This document shows, one piece after another, positions 12,560-24,572 of a DNA stretch of 64,000 bases (positions within the stretch are counted from its first letter, which is position 1; every line of letters begins with the position of its first letter). The DNA comes from Schizosaccharomyces osmophilus (taxonomy: Eukaryota), in the NCBI RefSeq assembly GCF_027921745.1, contig NC_079238.1, positions 4,030,001-4,094,000 on the forward strand, given 5' to 3'. The notes beneath the pieces were generated by a model that had not been told where the DNA came from, searched no databases, and saw nothing but the letters and a program-made list of their open reading frames with translations. The translations under genes and the position numbers were made by a program.

Positions 12560-13447
<888 letters not shown>

Positions 13448-13997
13448 TTAGAATATCTATGAAACAAATCTGTAAGGGTTTTATAGTTGATCCTCTGGAA
13501 CAAAAGAGTCTTTGTAAAATGAAAAGCAAAGAAGGTGTCCGCTCTGAGTTTTCTTTACTGTAGTGGTTGAGAGCAACTTCAAAATACGGCGGTGCAACGA
13601 TAATGTTTTGGTGAAAGGAAACAAACTTCGGTAGAATATATAGGCTTATAGGAAGCGAAGTTTCGAAGGACTCAAAAGCACTTTTTTTCTGCTATTTATT
13701 AATTATGATTATCATTTGCAATAAAGAGAAAAGAAAAGAAAGAAGATATGAACGAGGTATAGAAATAAAAAGGCTTTGAAGGAATGGATAAACGAATTAT
13801 CTACATATGGAAAAGGAATACCGAATGCAATGAATTTAGTACCCAAGTTTTGTGTTCGTAACACTGGTAAAAGCCTAGGATGACGATTGCTTTGCTGTAC
13901 CGTTTGTAAATGCTTCTTCTAGTAAATAAAATGATCACTGCTTTAAAAAAAATATTGATGAAACCATTATTTTACAGAAAAAAAATAAAAAAGATTT

Positions 13998-14069
13998 TGG
14001 ACACACTGGGGATTGAACCCAGGCCAACTCGCATGCAAAGCGAGCATGCTACCACTGCATCATATGCCC
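13998..14069 (-). tRNA. tRNA-Ala(UGC)
   Basis: GGGCAUA/UGUGUCC acceptor stem with G3:U70 Ala identity pair, CUCGC-UU-UGC-AU-GCGAG anticodon arm, GGTTCAATCC T-arm, downstream T run. Confidence 0.97.
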
Positions 14070-14784
14070 GAAACTTAAGGAACTTAATGACAATTACTGT
14101 TATAAACAAAAAATAACATTTGCTAACAATGCAATGCAAGAGGATGAGTGAATACAAAAAAAAATAAAATCAAAACCTCCATACAAATAGACTCGCATAA
14201 GCTCTAAATAAATCCGTTTGTGCGAAAATCAAACGGCCCTGAACGCTGCTGTAAAGCTTCCTTTTCCAGAAAGTACTTCACGTCACGAAGCGACGTCTCC
14301 TTCAAAAGAAAGCAACAACGAATTGAAATGACCATTTGGAGACACCTTGTTTATGCTTGACAAAGAGGCCGTTTGGTGGTTTTCTTTTGTTTATTTACAC
14401 TGAATGACGAATTCATCCACAAAAGGTGATTCCACGCAAAAGCAACCGACTTTTTTTCTTTATATATATATGTAGCAATTTCATTTATTTTTGTTCCTGG
14501 GTCCATTTTCTCAATTCCCTTTGTGAAATTGTACTTCTCGATCCGCATCAAAGTCGCTTAACTGATGACTTAAAGCTTTAGTTTCTTCCCACCACCTTTT
14601 GCCATCCACCAAACGTTACTTGCTTTCTCTTCTTACTTAGGTACAGGTATAAACTTTTCTTTTGTTAAAATTAGTTTCTTTAAATTATAATTCGTGATTA
14701 GAAGCGTCTTGTTGGATTCCTGTATCTGTCTTTCGAAGCTCGTGCCGTAATCTGTTGAATTCGTTAGTCGTGGACTGCATTGTC

Positions 14785-14816
<32 letters not shown>

Positions 14817-14886
14817 AGATTCATTGGAATTGAGAAACCATTGTTTCTTTGTTACTTGTTTTTAGATTGAAAATCACGGATTGATT

Positions 14887-15789
14887 ATGCGTGCAATGTC
14901 TTTGAGCACTATACTCAATGATCAAGAGCAACAGTGTCCTTTGGCAACTGTAACGAGCTTTGTATCTGCCATTGTTATTATTATTGGACTTATCCTTTCC
15001 TATTTGCTTCAGGTTTACCGAATTGTAAAACTTGGAACCTCCAAAGGTCTTAGCTTTTCCTACCTGGGCTTGGGCTACATCGGTGTATTGAATGCTCTTG
15101 CCAACGTGATCACTTTACAAGTGATCCCTTTAACAAAGTGCTGCCATGAATTTTACTCTACTCGCCAATGCTTTGCCAACTCCAGCGGTTTGATGCAAGT
15201 CGGTTCTCAAGTAATATCAATGGGTGTCGTTTTGCTTTCCTTTTGGATGTACCTTCCTCGCCCTATTCATTTTATCTCCAACGATGATGAAAGCGGCGAT
15301 CCTATCCCAGAACCTTTAAGCATTACGAAAAGCAAAACCTGGCGCAACACTTCTTATGGCTTGCTAGGCATTTTTGCTTGGGGTCTTTGCATCTGCATCT
15401 TGTCTGCTACTGTTTTAACTTACAATATGGCTTGGGCAACCTTTCTTGGTTTTAGTGCCTCTTTTTGTGCTATTGTCCAATACGTCCCTCAATTTATTTC
15501 TACTGTTCGTCATAAGTCTCATGGCGCTTTGAGCATCCCCATGATGGCCGTACAAACTCCCGGCGGTTTCTTGATCGGTTACTTATTGTCGAGACTCCCC
15601 GGTACAAACTGGACGAGTTACATGATGTATGTTGTCAGCGCCTCTTTGCAAGCGGTTTTGCTTTCTTTATGTTTCTATTATCACTTTCAAAACCAAAAAG
15701 CCAAACAAGAGGAAGAAGCTCTTGCCGTGCAACGCGAAGAAGAGTGTCAACGTGCTGTAAGAGTGTTGGAAGAAGAAACTGGTCCTTAA
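14887..15789 (+). CDS. PQ-loop (CTNS-family) membrane transporter
   Basis: Two PQ-loop repeats (YLLQVYRI..SKGLS; QYVPQFI..SHGALSIPMM), about 7 TM segments. Confidence 0.85.
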   Translation: MRAMSLSTILNDQEQQCPLATVTSFVSAIVIIIGLILSYLLQVYRIVKLGTSKGLSFSYLGLGYIGVLNALANVITLQVIPLTKCCHEFYSTRQCFANSSGLMQVGSQVISMGVVLLSFWMYLPRPIHFISNDDESGDPIPEPLSITKSKTWRNTSYGLLGIFAWGLCICILSATVLTYNMAWATFLGFSASFCAIVQYVPQFISTVRHKSHGALSIPMMAVQTPGGFLIGYLLSRLPGTNWTSYMMYVVSASLQAVLLSLCFYYHFQNQKAKQEEEALAVQREEECQRAVRVLEEETGP

Positions 15790-16216
15790 ACTATGCCTAT
15801 GATGTTTAAGTTTTCCCATCGATAAATCTAGCTGAACACTTTACACCTCTGAATTTTTAGAGTTTTCAAAATCCGATCACTTCTTTAAAATCCTTCCACG
15901 TTCCTTTACCTCAATTTAATGCGTTCTTATTTATCAATGGTTATGTAGCAATATGATATACTACAATCCTATTGTCATCAGTTAAAATAGCACAAATGTT
16001 ATATAATCGTGAAATTATAAAAGCTTCTAGTAATAATATGTCAAGTCAACTTTTTTTTTTAAATATAAATTGTTCTGTAAAAATATATCGGTATAGAAAC
16101 CTAGCAGTTCCTGGTCCTCATGGTTCCACACAGAGCTTATAACTTGGAAGCCATTGCATAGGGAAGGCAAGAACTTATTGAGACAAAACGTCTCATACGA
16201 ACTGAATCAGGCGAAT

Positions 16217-17365
16217 ATGGAAAAGAACGGCATGAATCCTGAAGAAATCGCATTATATGATAGACAAATTAGACTTTGGGGTTTCAATACCCAACAAGCG
16301 TGAGTGATTTGCTGATCTATGAGAACCTCTAACCAGCGTTGTCTAGGTTAAAGCAATCGCGAGTTTTGTTGATTACAGCATCTCCTTTATCAAACGAAAT
16401 TGCAAAAAATTTAGTCTTGGCCGGTGTTGGAGAGTTATGCTTGCAAGACACCCATTCTGTTGAGAAGCAAGATCTGCATGACCAGTTCTTTTTGGAAGAG
16501 TCGGACATAGGAAAGTCAAAGGCATCTTCCCTAATAAATAAACTAAAAGACCTCAATCCACTGGTGAAATTATCCTCTTTGGATACACCGATTGCGGAGC
16601 TGTCTGAAAGTATAATCTCTTCGTTTCAAATGGTTATTGCAACTCAACTTCAGTACAATGAGTGTTGCAAGGTAAATACCTTGTGTCGTTCTAGTCAGCG
16701 TCCTATGTATGCTTCGAGTTGCTACGGACTTTATGGATTCGCTTTCGCTGATTTAATTGACCATGAATTTGTAATGTAAGTGGAAGGTCTATCAAAATTC
16801 ATACGTTTTCAAGTATAAGCTAACTTTTACTAGAGAAAAAACAGTTGAAAATACAAAAGTTGAGCAAGCAATGTCGACCAGACAAAAACCCATGCAAGTA
16901 GCTTTCGATACCGCCCTTGGTTCCATGTTAAGACCTCGTCTGGCAAAAAAAGTTCCAGCCGCTTACCCTGCACTCCTATGTAAGTTCATAGTCAACCAAG
17001 AGGACTATTTTATTTAAGTATAGTGGGCAAGCTAACATCTTGACAGCAATTCTGAAACGCAACAAGTCAGACCCAGAATCCATCAAGAAGATGTGTCACG
17101 AACAACAATTAGATCCCAACGTAATCCTAAACCAAGATTTCTTAAAGTAAGTTATGGGGTTTTTTTTTTTCGTATGGTTTTGCTAATGATTTATTTTAGC
17201 GACTTTTCCCAGAATTCCAATTTTCAATGGATGCCAGTGATCTCCATCATCGGAGGCGTTGTTGCCCAAGATGCTTTAAATTCAATTAGCAAGCGTCAAT
17301 ACCCCATAGATAACTTTTGGATCTTTGATGCTGAAACCAGCTCTGGACCTGTATACAAGCTGTAA
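16217..17365 (+). CDS. rad31: SUMO E1 subunit Aos1/Rad31, 5 exons (introns about 16300-16347, 16776-16833, 16980-17046, 17147-17199)
   Basis: EEIALYDRQIRLWG, EIAKNLVLAGVG, PVISIIGGVVAQD motifs. Confidence 0.92.
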
Positions 17366-17607
17366 TTACGAGTTGGTTATGTATAGAATGAATGCCTTTT
17401 CTACCTTCGATCATTTCCAAATATTTACATCTCTATCGAAGTCGAGATTGCACATACACAATTAAAACATTCTCATGCTACTCTCATTTGGCGAATGTTT
17501 GTTTACACAATAGTGAACTCTGCAACACTACGGTCAAGAACCTCTCTCTAGGTAACCATCTTGTCGAGCATTTTCGCAAGTAGGTAATGGACTACGTAGC
17601 TAAAAAG

Positions 17608-17615
17608 CAGTCACG
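17608..17615 (+). promoter_or_regulatory. Homol-D box upstream of snoRNA host transcript
   Basis: Exact CAGTCACG about 90 nt upstream of the first donor site. Confidence 0.7.
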
Positions 17616-17732
17616 TAAACAATAAAAGTACGCTGACGCGCTTACTCTCTTTCCAAGCATGTACATTAGTTACTATTGTTTTTTTTAAAGCTTTAGTTCA
17701 TAGTTGGTAAGTACACAATAATACTTAAGGAT

Positions 17733-17820
17733 ATAAAGTGATGACAAAACGACATATACAACAGAATAACTTATGTTGAATTTTGTTGTATTTTTTTAAG
17801 TTTCAGCCTTGTCTGATTAG
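17733..17820 (+). ncRNA. snR41: Box C/D snoRNA snR41 (18S Gm1126 guide, S. cerevisiae numbering)
   Basis: C box GTGATGA 17738-17744, D box CTGA 17813-17816, 17-nt guide TTTAAGTTTCAGCCTTG antisense to 18S CAAGGCUGAAACUUAAA; D+5 falls on the G of CAA[G]GCUG. Confidence 0.88.
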
Positions 17821-17947
17821 TATTCTCTCCTTTTAATCTTTTTTTTGCGAAGCTAACTCTTTTAGAAATGATTATTTATCCAAACTTAAGCCAGTTTACT
17901 TTACTTTTGTAGTATGATGTGTAAGTTTTTTTCTCCAACGGTTTGCG

Positions 17948-18062
17948 TTTATAGGATGAGTTCCAAAGACATAACGGGCGGACTAAATTGGTCACATACC
18001 AAGTCTTCAACTGTACATTGAAGTCGTGATCGCTTTGTTGATTTCGAGTCTTACTGATTTGT
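17948..18062 (+). ncRNA. snR70: Box C/D snoRNA snR70 (18S Cm1639 guide)
   Basis: C box AGGATGA 17953-17959; guide ACGGGCGG plus D' CTAA 17983-17986 targets CCG[C]CCGU; D box CTGA 18054-18057; flanking stem CCAAC..TTGCG/CGCAA..GTTGG. Confidence 0.82.
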
Positions 18063-18173
18063 CGCAATCCTGTTGGATTTTATTTCATTCTATGATATGT
18101 TACTAACATCTCTTAGATTTTTGTATTGTAGATTTTGACGTTTCCAGTAAATTGAAGCTCTAAAATGTGACAT

Positions 18174-18240
18174 GTTGCGGTGATGAGCAATTCACACTGT
18201 CTGAAACTGCCCATGATTTCTTTAATATACTCTGAGCAAC
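18174..18240 (+). ncRNA. snR51b: Box C/D snoRNA, snR51(b)-type (25S Um2729 guide plus second 18S guide)
   Basis: C box GTGATGA 18180-18186; ATTCACACTG plus D' CTGA 18201-18204 targets 25S CAG[U]GUGAAU; CTTTAATATAC plus D CTGA 18232-18235; terminal stems GTTGC/GCAAC and AAAATGTGACA/TGTCATATTTT. Confidence 0.85.
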
Positions 18241-18895
18241 TCTTGTCATATTTTTAGTTGTTTGTACAGGAAATTGTTCGTAATAGTATAGACGATTGTC
18301 GCTAAAAAATGCTGTGAAATAATTACAAATATTAACCTATCTTTGTTCCTGTAAAATGCAATTTTTCAAGTCTGTTGTAGTACATGTAGGTTTTCATCGC
18401 TTGATTATAAATGGGGAAATCATTTTGTTAGACTAGTCAAAGAATGCTATACAAATTTCCATTGTAACTACGTCTTTTGCAAGTAGATTGTACTCTCAAG
18501 ACTTTATTCTTACTTTGGATACGATGGTTTCATTTCACCCACGTTTTTGGTAATTCAGTCTCTATCGAAATCCAGAGTTTTTGTTCTTGAATAAAAAATT
18601 ATGTTTTCGGAATTCTACAGGATGCTAACCTAAACAAATAAAACATTGTCTTCTTCCAACGCTTAGAGGATTTCAAATTACAAGCTATTCACGGTTACTA
18701 GTGCAGTGTTAAATTAAAATTCCATCCAGATTTCATTTAATATAAATATGAATGTATGTTCCTAAACCACATATACAATTAATTAATAGACACAACAGTT
18801 TTCTAAATTCCAAAATAAGCTTTTACATTTATTGCCTTTTCGTAGGCTTAGCTTTTTTCGTTACAAACGCGTGAACACCTTTCGTGAAATGAAAG

Positions 18896-21800
18896 TTAAT
18901 ATGCTTCAGCAGAAACACCTTCATGAACAGAACCGTTTGCACCGCCATTAACAACTTCTGTGATAATGCCTGCCCGGATAACCCAATCACCAAAAGGTTC
19001 TCCATCTTCGCGTTCTAAAGCATAACGTTTGATAAGAGGACGCAAAAGATCCAAAATTTCGCGCTCTTGAACTGATGCGCGATATAGCTTGTTGAGTCTT
19101 TGACCATAATGACCACCACCCAACATCAAATTGTAAGTGTCTGGTGCTTTACCCACACAGGCGATTTCGGCCACCCAAGGACGAGAGCAACCATTACCAC
19201 ACCCGGTCATACGCATAACAATACTATCTTTTTGAAGCCCAGCTTCATTAATAATGTCTTCAACCCTGGTGATAAGTTTAGGGAGGTAGCGTTCACTTTC
19301 GGCCAACGCAAGTCCGCAAGTGGGGAAAGCAACACATGCAGCTGAAGAAAGACGTAAGCCAGTAAAGGCAGTGTTGTCAAGCTTATACTTAGCCAACAAT
19401 TCAGAAACCCACTCTAACTCTTCAGAAGAAACATTAGACAGAATAAGATGTTGATTAGCTGTTAAACGGAATTCGGCCTTAGACTTCTTTTCATAAAATT
19501 TTTCAGCAAGCTCGCGCAAACCTGTCTTGAAAAGGAGTTCCCCACTATCTTCAATACGACCGTTTTCAATGAAGATTGTGCGCCAATACTTTCCTTTTTC
19601 GGTTTGGTTCCAGCCATCGAAGTCGTCGGTATTCTTAACGAATGGAGCATGTTCACGAGCAGGTTCGAAAGCAAATCCAGACACTTCCTCAGTTTTCTGC
19701 TTGAACGTCTCAACACTCAATCTATCTACTGTATATTTAAGACGAGCCTGCTTACGGTTTTCACGATCACCATTGTCACGTTGAACTATAAGAACACCTT
19801 TAACAGCATCAACAACTTTATCATTAGGAACGTAACCAAGAACTGTACCAAGACGGGGATACGTTTTCTTGTTGTTGTGAGTGGTTCCCATACCACCACC
19901 AACAGCTAAATTGTAACCAACCACTTTAGTGCCTTCTGTAATAGCAACAAGACCAACATCATTTGTATAAATGTCGACATCGTTGTATGGAGGTGCAACG
20001 ATACCAACCTTAAATTTTCTTGGAAGATAAGTGGGTCCGTACAATGGCTCGACATCTTGGGCAACTTCACCGGCAATCTTTTTCTTTTGTACAGAGTCTG
20101 GATCTTCAATCCAAATTTCATGGTAAGACGAGGTGGTAGGGAGCAAAGAGTTGCTGATTTCCTTAGAAGCTTCATAAAGTTGAGCATGGACTTCCTCATT
20201 TTCGGGAGCGGATGAACAAGTAACGTTACGAGCAACATCACCACAGGCACCCAAAGTGGTCATGAGTACCTTAGATATGGAACGAATAGCATTTCTCAAG
20301 TTTCCTTTAAGAACACCATGCCATTGGAAGGTCTGACGAGTAGTCATTTTCAAAGTCTTATTACTCCACTTCGCGGAAATATCATCCATGGCTAACCATT
20401 GCTCAGGAGTGCAAATACCAGCTGGTAAACGAGCGCGAATCATAAACCCATAAGCAGGCTCAAGTCCTTGTTTTTTACGCTCTTCACGGATATCACGATC
20501 ATCCTGCATATAAATACCATGGAACTTGGTCAATTGGCAATCGTGTTCCGAGAGGGCACCAGTAGAATTGTCAGCTAAACCTTCCATGATAGTACCACGC
20601 AAGAAATTGGAAGCCGTTTTAATATCTTCGTTGGTGATAGGCTTGGGTTCGTCAATGTCGACATCGACCTTGTCCAAGCCCATTGCTGCCCAAAGCTCAG
20701 GTTCCCAAGTACTATAAGCAGTTTCCCAACCATCAGGATCTTGGTCATTACCCAATCCCAAAGGAAGAAGGGGCTTGGCTCCAAATTCTTGGAATTTCGC
20801 ATCCAACTGTTTACCGGGACGATTATAATAAAGCTTGTCTTCCTTACGAGGCCAGTATTCGTAATCACCGAAACCAAACACACCATAATTCAAGTTATTC
20901 AAAGCCAAATCAGCATTCTTAAATGCTTCCCAGAATTCATGACCATTTTGGGGGAAATCACCTTGACCAGCGGTACTGGCCAACAAAACAACATTAGCTT
21001 CCTTTGGTAGCTCTTCAACTGGGTAATCATCCATCACCATAATTTTGCATTTGGAGCCACGGGCGCTTGCTCTATGGTGGAGTCGTTTAGCGACATTTTC
21101 GGCAGTGCCACCGTCTGAGGCATACAAAATTGTTAAAGGAGGGCCAGATAAACCTTCAATTAGCTGGTTAAGAGCATTACGAGCATCAATATTTTGTTTA
21201 TGACGGACATCAGCACCAAAGGACTGGGAAAGAGTTTTGGATAACGTAGGTTTCCGTAAGGTCAATTGTGTCAAATAATTATCCCTTTCAAGGAAAGCTC
21301 GGAGTTCATTACGAATGCGTTCGGAATCCAACTGGAAATCAGAGCGTTCACCATCTTGAAGAGCAGGGGTCCAACGATACAAAGGCCAGTAACCAACGTC
21401 AACCGCCTTCTTGGTTTCTTGTAAAACGGTGATAGCATCATCAGAAGGGGAATGATAAGGAAGATAAGCCAAAACAACCGAAGGACCCTTAAACCTGTCA
21501 GCTTCTAAAATAGAAGATATGACCTGAGTATAAGAGCTGTAAAGAGCCGTAGAAGCGACATAGGCATTGCTAAAGTTCATGGCATACAGACCGATATCCT
21601 TTTTGCGAGAGGAAGCACGGACAATTTCACGAGTGGAATAAGGTTGAGTATCAACAATGAGCAAATTAACATTAGATTCAAGGCAAAGAGCTTGGTGCAA
21701 GGCCGAATTGCCCAAATCGTAAGCCCAAGAGTCGGAACCGATGATCCAATGAGAAACGTTTGTGAAAAAATGAGAACGGTCAAGCAAAGACTTAATGCCA

Positions 21801-23302
21801 GTGGATGAATCCTTTTTGAGTTCTGCAACGACGAGTTCAGGATCAACTGGCGAGTCCATATTATCGACAGAGACAATCCAGTTGGAAAGAACTTGTAAGG
21901 ATTCAGCTGAAATTTCAGAAGATTCGGTCTTTAATAAAGAGGCAACTTCATCACAGAAAGTACGTCGTTGTTTTTCGTATTCCAATACGGTACCCAAAGC
22001 GAACTGAGGAGAGATAATAAGATGAGAAGATACAGCAGGCTTAGCGGTAGTAGGGTCATTTACGACATTAAGACGAGCCTTAAACACACGTTGAAGTAGT
22101 TTGTGATAAACATCCTCAATGGCAGGGGGAGTAGGAACGAAAACCTGCTTGCCGGTCTCCGTGAAATCTGCAACAATAGAGGGTTTGGCAGAACCGCTAA
22201 TATTGTCTATGGCAGCGGAAACAATGTCTGCGACATGCTTCGTGGATTGCAAACCATACTTAACAGCCAGTAATTGAATATTGGCTTTGGCGGAGACAAG
22301 GGCAGCCAAAATATCTAGATACAAAGGGTCCCATTTACGAGGAAGGTTGCCGAGGGGTTCTAGAACGGCAATACGCTTCACGGTGGATGGTAAACCGGAG
22401 AATAGATCGTTGGGCAACCAAGGACGCAAAACGCGGATGACGACAATGCCAACGGATCCTTGTTGAAGGGCATTCTTAGAGAGCAAAGGAGAAGCGCTGC
22501 CAAAAGCCAAAAGGACGTTAGAGGCATCGGAAGGACCATAATATTCGAAAGGCTTGAAAGATTGAGAAAGGAAAGCATACGAAGCGGCATCACGAGCTGG
22601 CTGATCATAAACAGGGGGGACGTAGGACGATGACTTCTCGACTTCTTCTGTCTCTTGGGATTCAGGGAGGAGATCGACCACACGAGCAGCCTCTAAATCT
22701 TCCTTGGAAGGAAGAAAGTCCAAGTCTTCCAAAGCGACTGAAGAATTGTAGATGGGGGTGTAAAAATGCAAAACACCGGTATTCTGTCTAACAGCGAGAT
22801 TGTGTGCAAGAGCAGCCGTTTGAAGGACGTCGTTTAAGGCGTCTTGCTCAGAGCCGTTGGGGCAGTTTCCGGAAAGCAAGATAACGAATCCGGTGTCACG
22901 AACGGAGGCAAAATCAAAAGGCTCCGTAGGATCAAGAGCGATGTGGGCTACAACAGGCTGATGAGAGAGCTTGTAGAGATGGGGTGTAGCAAAGAAGAGA
23001 GAATCAGCAGAAGCTACAGCTGAAACAATATGTTTCGGGGTAGGGACTGGGGACTCTTGCTCAGCGAAGAAGAAATCAGTAAGATGTGCAAAAGGATCGG
23101 CATGTGACTTCAACGAGACGACAGAAGTGGATTTACCAGAAACGTTCAACGCTTTAACTTTTCGTAAATCTTGCACGGCCTCTTGAAATGTTGTATCCAG
23201 GGTTTCATTGGTTGGATGAACAACATAGAGGGAATCTGCGCATCGGAAAGCGACTCGTGTCACAGCTTCCTGCGTATTTGTGATGGAGGCTTTTAAGCTC
23301 AT
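18896..23302 (-). CDS. sir1: Sulfite reductase beta subunit (Met5/Ecm17 type: PFOR-like + flavodoxin + siroheme domains)
   Basis: YASDGGTAE flavodoxin loop, KFHGIYMQDDRD, LPRKFK, ACVAFPTC and GCGNGC Fe-S/siroheme cysteines. Confidence 0.96.
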   Translation of the reverse strand: MSLKASITNTQEAVTRVAFRCADSLYVVHPTNETLDTTFQEAVQDLRKVKALNVSGKSTSVVSLKSHADPFAHLTDFFFAEQESPVPTPKHIVSAVASADSLFFATPHLYKLSHQPVVAHIALDPTEPFDFASVRDTGFVILLSGNCPNGSEQDALNDVLQTAALAHNLAVRQNTGVLHFYTPIYNSSVALEDLDFLPSKEDLEAARVVDLLPESQETEEVEKSSSYVPPVYDQPARDAASYAFLSQSFKPFEYYGPSDASNVLLAFGSASPLLSKNALQQGSVGIVVIRVLRPWLPNDLFSGLPSTVKRIAVLEPLGNLPRKWDPLYLDILAALVSAKANIQLLAVKYGLQSTKHVADIVSAAIDNISGSAKPSIVADFTETGKQVFVPTPPAIEDVYHKLLQRVFKARLNVVNDPTTAKPAVSSHLIISPQFALGTVLEYEKQRRTFCDEVASLLKTESSEISAESLQVLSNWIVSVDNMDSPVDPELVVAELKKDSSTGIKSLLDRSHFFTNVSHWIIGSDSWAYDLGNSALHQALCLESNVNLLIVDTQPYSTREIVRASSRKKDIGLYAMNFSNAYVASTALYSSYTQVISSILEADRFKGPSVVLAYLPYHSPSDDAITVLQETKKAVDVGYWPLYRWTPALQDGERSDFQLDSERIRNELRAFLERDNYLTQLTLRKPTLSKTLSQSFGADVRHKQNIDARNALNQLIEGLSGPPLTILYASDGGTAENVAKRLHHRASARGSKCKIMVMDDYPVEELPKEANVVLLASTAGQGDFPQNGHEFWEAFKNADLALNNLNYGVFGFGDYEYWPRKEDKLYYNRPGKQLDAKFQEFGAKPLLPLGLGNDQDPDGWETAYSTWEPELWAAMGLDKVDVDIDEPKPITNEDIKTASNFLRGTIMEGLADNSTGALSEHDCQLTKFHGIYMQDDRDIREERKKQGLEPAYGFMIRARLPAGICTPEQWLAMDDISAKWSNKTLKMTTRQTFQWHGVLKGNLRNAIRSISKVLMTTLGACGDVARNVTCSSAPENEEVHAQLYEASKEISNSLLPTTSSYHEIWIEDPDSVQKKKIAGEVAQDVEPLYGPTYLPRKFKVGIVAPPYNDVDIYTNDVGLVAITEGTKVVGYNLAVGGGMGTTHNNKKTYPRLGTVLGYVPNDKVVDAVKGVLIVQRDNGDRENRKQARLKYTVDRLSVETFKQKTEEVSGFAFEPAREHAPFVKNTDDFDGWNQTEKGKYWRTIFIENGRIEDSGELLFKTGLRELAEKFYEKKSKAEFRLTANQHLILSNVSSEELEWVSELLAKYKLDNTAFTGLRLSSAACVAFPTCGLALAESERYLPKLITRVEDIINEAGLQKDSIVMRMTGCGNGCSRPWVAEIACVGKAPDTYNLMLGGGHYGQRLNKLYRASVQEREILDLLRPLIKRYALEREDGEPFGDWVIRAGIITEVVNGGANGSVHEGVSAEAY

Positions 23303-24572
23303 AGTGAACAGGTGAAGGTAAAAATCGTGATTTTTGAAATAAAACCGTTTGCTTAAACAAGAAGAAAGGACGTACCAAAATTTTCTCCAAAATTAGAAAA
23401 TCAAACTAAAAACTATTAGGAGATTACAAAAATCAAGACCAAGAGAATTCAACAAATAAAATTATTTCTCATGTAAGAGATAAAAATAAAAGTATATGGC
23501 AAGAGATTCTAGTACAAGACTGCAGAACTAAGGGAATGTGATCTCTATTGCTTTTTCGCTTTCTGTGAACAACTGCAACAGATGTTTGCAATTCCACTAC
23601 TGCGTTCCCTTTGAATCGTTCTTTGCTTTGAAAGCGAGTAAAGAATGCGGTAGAGGGTAAGTTTATATTTCGTTGATTTGGTGTAGCTGTTGAGCAATCG
23701 CACAGTAGATTGCGTGATTAGCGTGCTCGTAGGAACGGGTCAAGTCGCGTAATCAATTTGTTACTCGATCGAACGATCCAAGGCAAGATGATCCCAACCC
23801 ACAAGATACACGAGTAGATTGTTCATTGTTTTTTTTTTTGTTTTTTTTTTTAAGATCAATAAAATTTTTCATTTGTAATGTTCGGTAAACAAACAATATC
23901 CTTTGTCCACGATTGGCTTCTTCATTGAGGATTTCTAGAATTATATCACATTCCCTACTAATCTTTTATGCACCATTGCGCTCGCTATTGTAAGGCCTTT
24001 CATTGAATGTTTGCGACACATTATATAATCTAAATAATGAGGAATAAATAACTATAAGGAGTGGAAGTATTTCCTTATAATGTGGGGGATGCGGTCGAGT
24101 GGGCATTTGTTTATATTTATGTTTTTGAGTTGGTTAAAATAAAATATGTTTTTCGAATGATCTGTTGATTGATAGTATAAGTATTAATTTTAGCTATGGC
24201 TATAAATACAGTTTTAGTTTTTCTTTTACTTCTGTCAAATATTTTGTAAACACTTCTAGTGCAAGTTTCCATCAAGACAAGTGTTGACGAGAAAAAAATA
24301 AAAGAGACAATTCTTTCACTTTTCAAAAAATTTACCTCCTTCATCGTTTCTCTTTTCTTACGAGTTCATCCATACAAATCAATCATCCTTTTTCCACCAG
24401 AAAACCCTTTCTATCATTGTTGTAAAAAAAAAATTCCTATCTACATGCATTGATTCTTGTGCTTTTATAAATACATCGAATTTCAACGAGTTTCAACCCA
24501 TAACCCACGATAACCAGAGAAACATCCCAAAACATCCAATGTTTCATATTTCTTCTACACCTTCTCTTCGAC

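Larger units (their letters stand above)
17650..18370 (+). ncRNA. Non-coding snoRNA host transcript (ends approximate); introns 17707-17865, 17921-18116 and probably one from 18147
   Basis: GTAAGT..CTAAC..TAG and GTAAGT..TACTAAC..TAG introns each enclosing a C/D snoRNA; short exons with no ORF. Confidence 0.75.

Noticed and set aside
13910..14157. Two short ORFs across the tRNA
   Set aside because: Chance frames over tRNA-Ala and its A/T tracts
18219..18231. Second guide assigned to 18S Am619 (snR47-like)
   Set aside because: D+5 counting lands on a U in GUAUAUUAAAG, about 19 nt upstream of A619
18896..23302. PFOR-flavodoxin-sulfite reductase fusion as a novelty
   Set aside because: Standard architecture of fungal Met5/Ecm17/Sir1
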